Shown one piece after another: positions 32,343-40,883 of a DNA stretch of 64,000 bases (the first letter of the stretch is position 1; the number at the start of each line of letters is the position of its first letter). The stretch comes from an uncultured Gemmatimonadaceae bacterium (GTDB lineage: Bacteria; Gemmatimonadota; Gemmatimonadetes; Gemmatimonadales; Gemmatimonadaceae), in contig CAVUDW010000003.1 of assembly GCA_963740355.1 (NCBI GenBank), positions 1,120,001-1,184,000 on the forward strand, written 5' to 3'. Under the pieces are notes generated by a model that was not told where the DNA came from, did no database searches, and saw nothing but the letters and a program-made list of their open reading frames with translations. A program made the position numbers and the translations under genes.

Positions 32343-32380
32343 ACGACGAAGCCCGGCCATTTTCGGCCGGGCTTCGTCGT
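32343..32380. terminator. 16-bp hairpin between convergent serine hydrolase and tRNA-Gly
   Basis: acgacgaagcccggcc-attttc-ggccgggcttcgtcgt. Confidence 0.65.
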
Positions 32381-32405
32381 GCATAGTCGTGGTCCTGCAA
32401 CACAG

Positions 32406-32478
32406 AGCGGGAGACGGGACTCGAACCCGCGACATCAAGCTTGGAAGGCTAGCGCTCTACCAACTGAGCTACTCCCGC
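32406..32478 (-). tRNA. tRNA-Gly(TCC)
   Basis: GCGGGAGTAGCTCAGTTGGTAGAGCGCTAGCCTTCCAAGCTTGATGTCGCGGGTTCGAGTCCCGTCTCCCGCT; anticodon TCC; CCA not encoded. Confidence 0.97.
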
Positions 32479-32486
32479 GTCCCTGA

Positions 32487-32515
32487 AGCCTACCCGGCCC
32501 TGCCCCCCCGGACAA
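32487..32515 (-). promoter_or_regulatory. Sigma70-like promoter for tRNA-Gly
   Basis: TTGTCC-N17-TAGGCT, ending 8 nt before the tRNA 5' end. Confidence 0.65.
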
Positions 32516-32585
32516 GCGGGGACGAGGGTCGGGCGGCGTTCTCAGGATCCGACCGGGCGTGCCGCGGATCTGTCGAGGGCCAGCC

Positions 32586-33125
32586 TTACTTCTTGGGCGG
32601 CATCAGCACCGTGTCGATGACGTGAATCACGCCATTCGAGGCGGTGATGTCAGCCGAGGTCACCGTCGTGGTGCCGTTCAGCATGACCTTGCCCTCGACC
32701 ACCTTGATTCCGACCTTGCCGCCTTCCAGCGTCTCGGCTTCCGTCATGGTGGACACCTGTGACGACGGCACATTGCCAGCGATCACGTGATACTTGAGCA
32801 CACGGGCCAGCTCGTCCTTGTTGGCGAGCAAGGCGTCGAGATCCTTCTTCGGGATCTTGGCGAATGCGGCATCGCTGGGGGCGAGGACCGTGTACGGACC
32901 AGGGCCCTTCAGCGTCTCGGTCAGGCCTGCAATCTCCAGCGCCCGCTCGAGGGTCGTGAAGGTACCGGAGACGGACGCGGTCTCGATGATGTCCTTGGCG
33001 CCCGTCGTGGCCATCGCGGGCGCGGCGACCGATGCCGTGTCCATGGCTGCGGCATCGTCCTTCTTCGCATTCGAGCAAGCGGCGAGGATGGCGAGCGTTG
33101 CGGCTCCAATTGTGCGATTCATCAT
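32586..33125 (-). CDS. Fasciclin (FAS1) domain lipoprotein
   Basis: Lipobox LAAC; GPYTVLAPSDAAF, LKYHV, ASNGVIHVIDTVLMP. Confidence 0.93.
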   Translation of the reverse strand: MMNRTIGAATLAILAACSNAKKDDAAAMDTASVAAPAMATTGAKDIIETASVSGTFTTLERALEIAGLTETLKGPGPYTVLAPSDAAFAKIPKKDLDALLANKDELARVLKYHVIAGNVPSSQVSTMTEAETLEGGKVGIKVVEGKVMLNGTTTVTSADITASNGVIHVIDTVLMPPKK

Positions 33126-33571
33126 GAAGTTCTCCGGAATTGATGTGAACAGAATGCGCGAGGGTGCCGCCGAGTCAGCGAGAGCCCCGCTTGCCAGGCG
33201 CTGAACCGGGGTCGTGATCGATTGCACGGCATACGTTCGCGGCAATCGAGGCGATGGATGCACCATCAGCACACGCGCATCAGTCGATGCGCCGGGCGCG
33301 TTGCACGATCTCGTCGGCTCCGCCCTTCACACAGCAAGCTTGCAAGCACCGGGCCAGTCACGGCGTGCTGAGCAGGAGATATCAGTGAAATATCCCTCGC
33401 TCAGCGTAACGTTTATATGCTATTCTTCATCTGTTGACCTCAGTGCTCCATCATCACGTATACGAGCACACAGATGGAACAAATGGATCGGCGGTCGCTT
33501 TATACCAGTGGCATCCCATGACAGCGGCGCGTTCGTACCAGCCGCGAACAGCGCGGTTCTCCGGAGGCTCG

Positions 33572-34342
33572 ATGCGCACCTCGGATCTGCTTTTCCATGC
33601 GACGCAAACATGGCTGCGCCGCGCCACAATTCGCGCCGGTTCCCTTGCGATCGCGGCCGGCGTTTTCACCAGCGTCGGTCCCACGGTCGCCCTCGCCCAG
33701 TCGCGGCAGCTCACCGGGTCGGTTCACGACGATCGCGGGCAGCCAGTCTCCGGCGTGCGCATCATGGTCCGTGGCCACCCGAAGGCCGCCGTCACTGACG
33801 TGCAGGGCAACTTCCGCGTGCCAGACGTTCCAACCGGTCTCACGTTCGTCGCCGCGCGAGGCGACGGGGTGTTGCCGGCCGTCGAGTTGATCCGCCTCTC
33901 AGCGCAGGACTCGCTCGACTTCGTGCTGGAGCGAGTCATCGGAGATCGAGATTCGTCGGAGACTCAGCGAGCCGAGCGAGAGTGGACGCGCACGGTCGAG
34001 CGCTACACCGCCATCGCCAATGCGGCGCGCACGGCCGCCGTGATCACGGACCGGGACATCGCCGAGCGTTCACCGTCGTCCACGGCCGACCTGTTTCGGC
34101 AGCTCGTCGGCTTTCGAGTCGTTGGTGCCGGCGCCGGCGCGTTCATCACGACGCGCAGCGGTGATTGCGCACCGAACGTCTTCATCGACGGGCAGGAGCA
34201 GGTCCGCTTCAACATCAACGAGATTCGCCCCACCTCGATCAAGGTGATGCTGGCGTACAACGGCTACGCCATCGTGCCGGCGGCGCTTCGCTCGCTGCGC
34301 GTCGATGGGCGATGTGGCGTGGTCTCGATCGTCACACGCTAG
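33572..34342 (+). CDS. Carboxypeptidase-regulatory-like domain plus TonB-receptor plug domain, no barrel
   Basis: LTGSVHDDRGQPV..TDVQGNF; VITDRDI..DLFRQLVG..CAPNVFIDG..CGVVSIVTR then stop. Confidence 0.75.
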   Translation: MRTSDLLFHATQTWLRRATIRAGSLAIAAGVFTSVGPTVALAQSRQLTGSVHDDRGQPVSGVRIMVRGHPKAAVTDVQGNFRVPDVPTGLTFVAARGDGVLPAVELIRLSAQDSLDFVLERVIGDRDSSETQRAEREWTRTVERYTAIANAARTAAVITDRDIAERSPSSTADLFRQLVGFRVVGAGAGAFITTRSGDCAPNVFIDGQEQVRFNINEIRPTSIKVMLAYNGYAIVPAALRSLRVDGRCGVVSIVTR

Positions 34343-34420
34343 AAGCTCTTCATCTTACGCCAAAGGGGAGTGCCGCGATGAATCGCCGCACTCCCCTTTC
34401 TCGTTGCACGGCCAGGCGGG

Positions 34421-35848
34421 CTATCGCTTCGTCGCCCTGCTGCTGGTACGGCCCTTTCCTGCGACGCTGACCAGTGTCCGGTAGATCATGTCGGTGCCCT
34501 GCTTCAGGGACTCGACACTCACGCGCTCGTCGTTTCCATGCATGCGACGCAACTCGTCGTTCGTGATCGGATAGGGATAGATGCCGTAGACTGGCACGCC
34601 ACGCGAACGCCAGGCGGCGGCATCGGTTCCCGCCTGAAAGAGGTATGGCGTCACTTCGGCAGTCGGCCACTGCACCTTCGACTCACGCGCCAGCGCCCGG
34701 TACAAGTCGGTGTCGACTGACGATGCGGCCGAACCGGCATTCGGTGACCCACCGGTGAACTTTACCGTGACGCGAGGATCGTTCACCAGCCGCTCGATCA
34801 GCTTCACCATCTCCTGCGGATCAGTACCAGGAATGAGGCGCAGATTGAGGGTCGCCTCGGCCGAACCGGGAATCACGTTGGAGCGGAAGCCGCCGGCGAT
34901 GATCACGGGCGCGATGGTGTTGCGCATGATCGCGTGCAACAACGGATCACGCGAGATCAGGCTGTCGGCACTGCGCTCTTCGGCTGGCGTGCCATCCACC
35001 AGCTGGCGGAACCATCGACTGGTGTCGCCAGTGCTGGTGGTGCCGAGCGTGCGGAAGAACTGGCGTGACTCCGGTGTGAGCTGCACCGGCGTTTCGTAGG
35101 CTGCGATGCGTGCGATGGCACCACCGAGTGACGCGATGGCGTTGTCGGCGAGCGGCATCGACGAGTGTGTCGAGGTGCCCGCCGCCGTGAGCACGATCTG
35201 CGCGACCGACTTGTCGGCGGTGGAGATGCTGACGTAGCGCACCTTGCCATCGTCGTTCTTGATGATCCACCCACCTTCGTTGAGCGCGAACTCGGCGTCC
35301 ATCGACGGCCAATGATCCTTCGCCAGCCACATCGTGTTCATCGGCGCACCCTCTTCATCGGCTTCCGCCATGAAGATCACGTCGCGCGCGAGTGGCACAT
35401 GCTGCTCGGCGAGGCGCAGCGCGGCCATCACGAAGACGGCCATGCCGCCCTTGAAGTCGATCGCGCCGCGTCCGTACACGTGGCCATCGCGAATGGTGCC
35501 CGCAAACGGGTCGAGCGTCCACTTCTCGCGCTCCACCCCGACCACATCCGAATGCGCTGCAAGCAGCACCGGCCGCTTGCTGCCATCGCCCTTCAGGCGG
35601 GCGATGAAGTGTACCTTCGCCGAGTCGGGCGTGGGAAAGATCTCGACCGTGAAACCGGCCGCCTTGAAACGTGTCGACAGCAGCTCCGCCAGCGCCTGCG
35701 TGCGCCCTGGCGGATTGCTGGTGTTGATGCGGATGATCTCGGACAGGAGCGCCGCGGTCGGGTCGACCGGCGCGGCCTGCGCCGGCAATTCACGAACGGA
35801 GAGAGCGACGAGGCTCGCGACTGCGAGGGAGCGCAGTGCGGATGTCAC
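34421..35848 (-). CDS. M20/M25/M40 family metallopeptidase
   Basis: AHSDVV, YGRGAIDFKG, ADEE, NEGG, GTDA, HGNDER. Confidence 0.92.
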   Translation of the reverse strand: MTSALRSLAVASLVALSVRELPAQAAPVDPTAALLSEIIRINTSNPPGRTQALAELLSTRFKAAGFTVEIFPTPDSAKVHFIARLKGDGSKRPVLLAAHSDVVGVEREKWTLDPFAGTIRDGHVYGRGAIDFKGGMAVFVMAALRLAEQHVPLARDVIFMAEADEEGAPMNTMWLAKDHWPSMDAEFALNEGGWIIKNDDGKVRYVSISTADKSVAQIVLTAAGTSTHSSMPLADNAIASLGGAIARIAAYETPVQLTPESRQFFRTLGTTSTGDTSRWFRQLVDGTPAEERSADSLISRDPLLHAIMRNTIAPVIIAGGFRSNVIPGSAEATLNLRLIPGTDPQEMVKLIERLVNDPRVTVKFTGGSPNAGSAASSVDTDLYRALARESKVQWPTAEVTPYLFQAGTDAAAWRSRGVPVYGIYPYPITNDELRRMHGNDERVSVESLKQGTDMIYRTLVSVAGKGRTSSRATKR

Positions 35849-37317
35849 TCAGCCACCACCCGTTTCACCAGCGTGCCAGCGGGAATCGTGGCGCCCGGTT
35901 CCATGGCGTTGATCAGCGCGAGCTCCGCAATCGGGATCACGGACGGGTATTGCTGGTTGAACTGCGTCAACGTCATGGCGCTGCGCAGCTGCACGATGCG
36001 CAGGTGCTGCACCTTGACGTTGAGCAGTCGCGCGTCGGTGACACGCTGAAACGAGCCGATCACATTGCGGAAGACGGCGTCGTAGGCCTGAATGCTGGCC
36101 GACGGAGTGATCGCCACCAGCTGGTAGGTCAGGCCATCCTGCTGGATGAACGCGACGTATCCAGCGAGGGTCGAGCCGTCCTGGTTCTGCGCGATGAACT
36201 GCCCGATGGCAGCTGTGTTGCCATTGATCGGGCTGGTGCTGGTCTGACCGGCCTTCACTCCCTGCTGCTGCAGAAAGGCTGACAGCGCCTGCTGCGGCGC
36301 GGTGTTCCCGGCAGTGGAGAGTGCGATCTGCGCGTCGCCCTGTGCACTCTGCCCAATCACCTGCTCGGCGCTGTTCTGCGTCTTCCAGCCGGTCGGGAAG
36401 TCGAAGCGGAACTTCAGTGTCGGATGGATGAACGAGGTCTGCTGCACGAAGTATCCCTGACGTGGATCTTCGCCGTACACCATGCCATCGATGCGACGCA
36501 GGAAGCTGTCGTGTTCCACCTTCGCGCCGGCGAAGGAGCGATTCGCCGCCGTGATGCGAGCGGTCGTCTTTGCGACACGATTGCCGGGATCCGGATGTGT
36601 CGACATCCACTCCGGTGTGCTGCGCGAGCTTGGGCCGCCCGAAATGCGCTCGAGGGTCTTGAACATCTCGGCCATTTCGCTCGGCGCGTAGCCGCCTGCC
36701 GTCATGTAGCGGAAGCCGAGGTCGTCGGCCTGCGTCTCGTCGTCGCGGCTGAACTTGAGGAACAGGACGCCCAGACCCTGCGATGCCGCTTGTCCGAACT
36801 GCTGCAGTTCCGGCTTCAGCACCATGGCACCGATCAGGCCGATCTGCAGGATCTGCTGCTTGGACATCTGACTGACCGAGTGCTTGGCGGTGACATGTCC
36901 CGTTTCGTGACCGAGCACCGAGACCAGCTGGGCCTCGGAGTTCATGTAGGTGAGGATGCCTCGCGACACGAAGACCGGGCCACCCGGCAGCGCGAATGCG
37001 TTCACGATAGGATCATCGACGACCGTGTAGCTCCATGGCAGGTCAGGGCGCTCCGATTTCCGCGCGATGGCCATGCCGAGACCAGACACGTACCGCTGAA
37101 TGGCCGAGTCCGGGTAAATGCCCATCTGCGAGGCAGCGGCTTTGGCTCCCTCCTGGCCCATGGCGATCTCCTGATCCTTGGAGACGAGGGAGAGTTCGCG
37201 GCGGCCGGTGGCCGGATTTGTGGCACAGGCGCTGACGAGCGCGCAGATCCCTGCTGTATAGGCGGCCCGCAGGGCGAACCGGCGAACGCAATGAGCGTTG
37301 GTGTGTCGTATGGGCAT
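35845..37317 (-). CDS. M48 family metalloprotease lipoprotein
   Basis: CATNPATG, NAFALPGG, HETGH, SRDDETQAD, STHP. Confidence 0.92.
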   Translation of the reverse strand: MPIRHTNAHCVRRFALRAAYTAGICALVSACATNPATGRRELSLVSKDQEIAMGQEGAKAAASQMGIYPDSAIQRYVSGLGMAIARKSERPDLPWSYTVVDDPIVNAFALPGGPVFVSRGILTYMNSEAQLVSVLGHETGHVTAKHSVSQMSKQQILQIGLIGAMVLKPELQQFGQAASQGLGVLFLKFSRDDETQADDLGFRYMTAGGYAPSEMAEMFKTLERISGGPSSRSTPEWMSTHPDPGNRVAKTTARITAANRSFAGAKVEHDSFLRRIDGMVYGEDPRQGYFVQQTSFIHPTLKFRFDFPTGWKTQNSAEQVIGQSAQGDAQIALSTAGNTAPQQALSAFLQQQGVKAGQTSTSPINGNTAAIGQFIAQNQDGSTLAGYVAFIQQDGLTYQLVAITPSASIQAYDAVFRNVIGSFQRVTDARLLNVKVQHLRIVQLRSAMTLTQFNQQYPSVIPIAELALINAMEPGATIPAGTLVKRVVAE

Positions 37318-37583
37318 GGTCAGGCGTGCGGAGGTAGCGTATCGCACCGGCGATGAAACCGGAGCGGGCGACGGGGCAGTTGAAGCTGCCCGTACCGGAA
37401 TCTGCGCCGGGGGGTGCGGCTTCGCGCCACTTTGGGCGAGCGGAACAGCAAAGTCGTCCGAAGGTCGAGCCCGTCTCAATCAGGCTATCGGTCGTCGCGG
37501 CGACGGCGCCACCTACGCAACGACCCGGCAATGGCCATGGCCTTCACCGGGTCGTGCTACGACGGAATTCGAGGCGACGGGAG

Positions 37584-38573
37584 CTACTTGGTCCAGATCC
37601 CGACCGTGCCGCAGGCGTTGCTTCCGGACCCCATGAGTTCCGGCGGGACACCGCCGATGCCGTTGTAGACCTCGACGCCGGCCAGGTCCTGCGGTGCCAC
37701 GAGGTCATCGACACTCGCACCCATCCGCGGGTTCACCTGAAATCCGTTCACGAACACGGCCATCCGACAGCCGCCTCGACCAGTCAGCACGCCGGAGCCG
37801 AAGGCGCTCCGGTTCACGCGCACGCCAGCCATCGCATAGAAGAGGTCCGATGTGCGGATCGGATTGCGCTGCCGGATTTCGTCCTCGGTCATGATCCTTC
37901 CCCATCCACTCTTCTTCTCGCTACGCTGCACGAAGCCCTGCAACCGGGACGATGCGCGCGTGGCGCGCACGACCACGAGCCCAAGGTTCTGTCCGGCGAA
38001 CTGCCGCACGACGATTCGCACGCGGCGTGACGCGCTATCCGTCAGGTCAGCTGTGAGGTAGGTGGGCGCATACCCAACTCGGCGGACGCGCACGATATGC
38101 CGACGCGCCGGGAGATCGCGAATCACGAACTGGCCGAGCGAATCGGTGCGTCCTTCCATCATCGCGGTCACGACGTCGATGTTCGCGTCGCGCACCGGCG
38201 TGCCGGCCGAGTCGACGACACTGCCGCGCAGTGTTCGTGGTTCACTGCGATCGCCGATCACCTCGACGCGCACGTCCGGCATGGTGTCTGCGGTCACGTT
38301 GGCCTGCATCTCGCCGAGCGTGACGCCGTCGCGGGCGAACTTGACGGTGACGCGTCCAAGCGGCACTGGCGTGAGACGGAAGCGGCCGCCGGTATCGGAG
38401 AGGGTACGGACATCGCGATAGGAGACCTCGACGCGCGCCAGCGGCAGGCCGGTCGAGTCGCGAATGGTTCCGCGCACGGTGGCGGCCTGTTGCTGTGCGG
38501 CAACCGGAAGCGCGGACAAGGCGCTCAACGCGACCAGCGCAAGCGTTGCAATAGGTGCAGAACGACGAAACAT
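37584..38573 (-). CDS. Two carboxypeptidase-regulatory-like domains plus plug domain, no barrel
   Basis: VRGTIRDSTGLPL / LRGSVVDSAGTPV; CRMAVFVNG..GVEVY..CGTVGIWTK then stop. Confidence 0.78.
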   Translation of the reverse strand: MFRRSAPIATLALVALSALSALPVAAQQQAATVRGTIRDSTGLPLARVEVSYRDVRTLSDTGGRFRLTPVPLGRVTVKFARDGVTLGEMQANVTADTMPDVRVEVIGDRSEPRTLRGSVVDSAGTPVRDANIDVVTAMMEGRTDSLGQFVIRDLPARRHIVRVRRVGYAPTYLTADLTDSASRRVRIVVRQFAGQNLGLVVVRATRASSRLQGFVQRSEKKSGWGRIMTEDEIRQRNPIRTSDLFYAMAGVRVNRSAFGSGVLTGRGGCRMAVFVNGFQVNPRMGASVDDLVAPQDLAGVEVYNGIGGVPPELMGSGSNACGTVGIWTK

Positions 38574-38645
38574 GGCGGAACTCGCGTGTTGAAAGTTACG
38601 CCTTCTTATACCAGCACTCTGTCACCAAGGTCCGCATCGGCCGGC

Positions 38646-39710
38646 CTACTGCCAGCGGAAGATCCGGAGCGCGATGCTGAGGCAGACCACGAGATATCCA
38701 GCCAGCACGGCCAGCTGCGGCCACACCGTGCCAAAGCCGGCCCCCTGCAACATGATCGCGCGAAGGCCATTGACCAGCGCCGTAAGCGGCAGCGCCTGCA
38801 CCACCGGCTGAATCACCGCCGGGAAGTTGCTCGACGAGAAAAACACGCCGGAGAAGATCCACATCGGCAGCATGATGAAGTTCGTCAGACCGGACACGCC
38901 TTCGATCGTGCGCGATCGCGACGAGACCAGCAAGCCGATCGCGCCGAATGCCGCCGCGCCGACGAACGCGACTGCAATCAGCGTCGGCAGCGCGCCACGA
39001 ATCGGGACATCGAGCACCAGGACACCGAAGCCGAGCAGCACAGCAATCTCGAGGCCAAGAAAGACCAACCGCGAGAGCACGAACGAGAGGAGGTATTCCA
39101 GACGGGACATCGGTGTCGCGACGAGCCGCTTGAGCAGCTTCTTGTTGCGCGCACCGACGATCGCGAACGCAAGGCTCCAGATGCTGCTGCCCATGATGTT
39201 CATGGCGAGCAGGCCTGGCAGGAAGAAGTCGATGTACCGCGAGCCGCGTTCGCGGATGGTGACTTCCTTCACCGGCACCACATCGGTGCGACCACGCGCG
39301 CGCTGCAGCACATCGTCGGCCACCTGCCGCGCCGCTCGGCCTTCGGGACGCGCGGGATCGAAGCGGTACTCGACCCCACCACCGGGTTGCGGGACGACCA
39401 CCAGCGCGGCAGTTCCCGTGCGCAGCACGTCGTCGATGCTGTCGGCCGGGATGAGACGCGAGCGAAATGCCGCATCCTTGGCAGCGGCGGCCGTGGCGAA
39501 GGCCGCAAGGTTCTGCGTCGACGCAGAATCACTCGCCGTCGGCTTCACGACCGCGATGATCGCCTGCTCCGGCGCCTTGTCGCGGAATGCGATCGCGAGC
39601 CCGCCGGCCAGCAACAGCGGAAAGACGAAAGTCCAGAACACCGCTTCCGGCTCGCGGGTGAACTCGCGGAACCGGGCCATCGTCAACTGCTTCAGGGATG
39701 CGATGCGCAT
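38646..39710 (-). CDS. ABC-2 type transporter permease
   Basis: REPEAVFWTFVFP, YIDFFLPGL, LKRLVATP, SGVFF. Confidence 0.92.
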   Translation of the reverse strand: MRIASLKQLTMARFREFTREPEAVFWTFVFPLLLAGGLAIAFRDKAPEQAIIAVVKPTASDSASTQNLAAFATAAAAKDAAFRSRLIPADSIDDVLRTGTAALVVVPQPGGGVEYRFDPARPEGRAARQVADDVLQRARGRTDVVPVKEVTIRERGSRYIDFFLPGLLAMNIMGSSIWSLAFAIVGARNKKLLKRLVATPMSRLEYLLSFVLSRLVFLGLEIAVLLGFGVLVLDVPIRGALPTLIAVAFVGAAAFGAIGLLVSSRSRTIEGVSGLTNFIMLPMWIFSGVFFSSSNFPAVIQPVVQALPLTALVNGLRAIMLQGAGFGTVWPQLAVLAGYLVVCLSIALRIFRWQ

Positions 39711-39712
39711 GA

Positions 39713-40669
39713 TCAGCCGTCCCGCAAGTCGCGGCCGGTGAGCGAGACGAACACGTCTTCGAGCGTCGCGCTGTGCGTACTCAGTTCCGTCCACTTCACA
39801 GCGCGCCGTTCGGCGACTTCGAGCAGCGCTGGGAGCGCGGCCTGCACGGAACCGACGCGCAGCTCATACCCAGTCGCTGTCTCGCGACCGCCAGTCACAT
39901 CGGGCATGTCGAGCAATTCCTGCAGTGGAATGGGGTGCACGGTCGAGAGGGTGTCGCCCACGCCGAGTCGGATCACATGCTCCGCACCCAGTGATGCGAT
40001 CAGCTGCTGCGGCGTGCCGAGCGCGATCACCTTGCCATGATCGACGATCGCGATGTTGTCGCAGAGTCGCTCCGCTTCGTCCATGTAGTGCGTGGTGAGC
40101 ACGATGGTGCGGCCTTCCTTCTTCAGTCCCTCGACGAGCGTCCAGAGCTGGCGGCGTGATTGCGGATCGAGGCCAGTGGTCGGCTCATCGAGAAACAGCA
40201 GCGTCGGGTCGCCGACCAGCGCGCAGGCCAGTGCCAGACGCTGCTTCTGTCCACCGGACAACCCACCGACGCGTGCCGCGCGCTTCTCGCCCAGCTGCAC
40301 CAGCTCGATCACGTCGTCCACCGAGCGGCCACGGTCGTAGAAGCTGCGGAACAGCGTCAGCGTCTCCACCACCGAGAGTTTTTCGGCAAGCTGCGTCTCC
40401 TGCAGCTGAATGCCGAGTTGTTCGCGCAACCAATTCGCATCCGTCTCCCAACTCCGACCGAGCACGCGAACAGTGCCGCCGTCCTGTGTGTTCAGGCCCT
40501 CGCAGATCTCGATGGTGGTCGTCTTGCCGGCGCCATTGGGGCCAAGCAGGCCGAAGCACTGCCCTGAGGCGACGCGCAGATCGAGCCCATTGACGGCGGT
40601 GACGTCACCGTAGGACTTCCGCAACCCGCTGACTTCGAGGGCGAGGGTCGGGGCTTCTGGCATGCTCAT
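39713..40669 (-). CDS. ABC transporter ATP-binding protein
   Basis: GPNGAGKTT, LSGGQ, LFLDEPTTGLD, TTH. Confidence 0.95.
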   Translation of the reverse strand: MSMPEAPTLALEVSGLRKSYGDVTAVNGLDLRVASGQCFGLLGPNGAGKTTTIEICEGLNTQDGGTVRVLGRSWETDANWLREQLGIQLQETQLAEKLSVVETLTLFRSFYDRGRSVDDVIELVQLGEKRAARVGGLSGGQKQRLALACALVGDPTLLFLDEPTTGLDPQSRRQLWTLVEGLKKEGRTIVLTTHYMDEAERLCDNIAIVDHGKVIALGTPQQLIASLGAEHVIRLGVGDTLSTVHPIPLQELLDMPDVTGGRETATGYELRVGSVQAALPALLEVAERRAVKWTELSTHSATLEDVFVSLTGRDLRDG

Positions 40670-40883
40670 CCGGGAAAGAGACTGTGTAAGCTATCGCCCT
40701 ACAACAGAGGCGACTACACAGACGCAGCCTTTCTGCTGCATCGCGCGTCGGCAGCAGGGCCGAGCGATAGTTGTGCCTGGCAGTCGAGACTTCGTCGAAT
40801 CGGGAAGCCGTCCGCGTTTTACCTGACAGTAGCTGCGTGGCAAAGTGGCATTCTTGCGGAGACACCTACCCCAAGGAGCTTCA

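Noticed and set aside
5846..32405. Classical tRNA-Gly-integrated island
   Set aside because: No integrase and no duplicated tRNA 3' end found by eye; gene style looks native.
40670..40883. FNR or NarL-like sites upstream of ppsA
   Set aside because: Only short degenerate cctac/cctgac words; no convincing palindrome.
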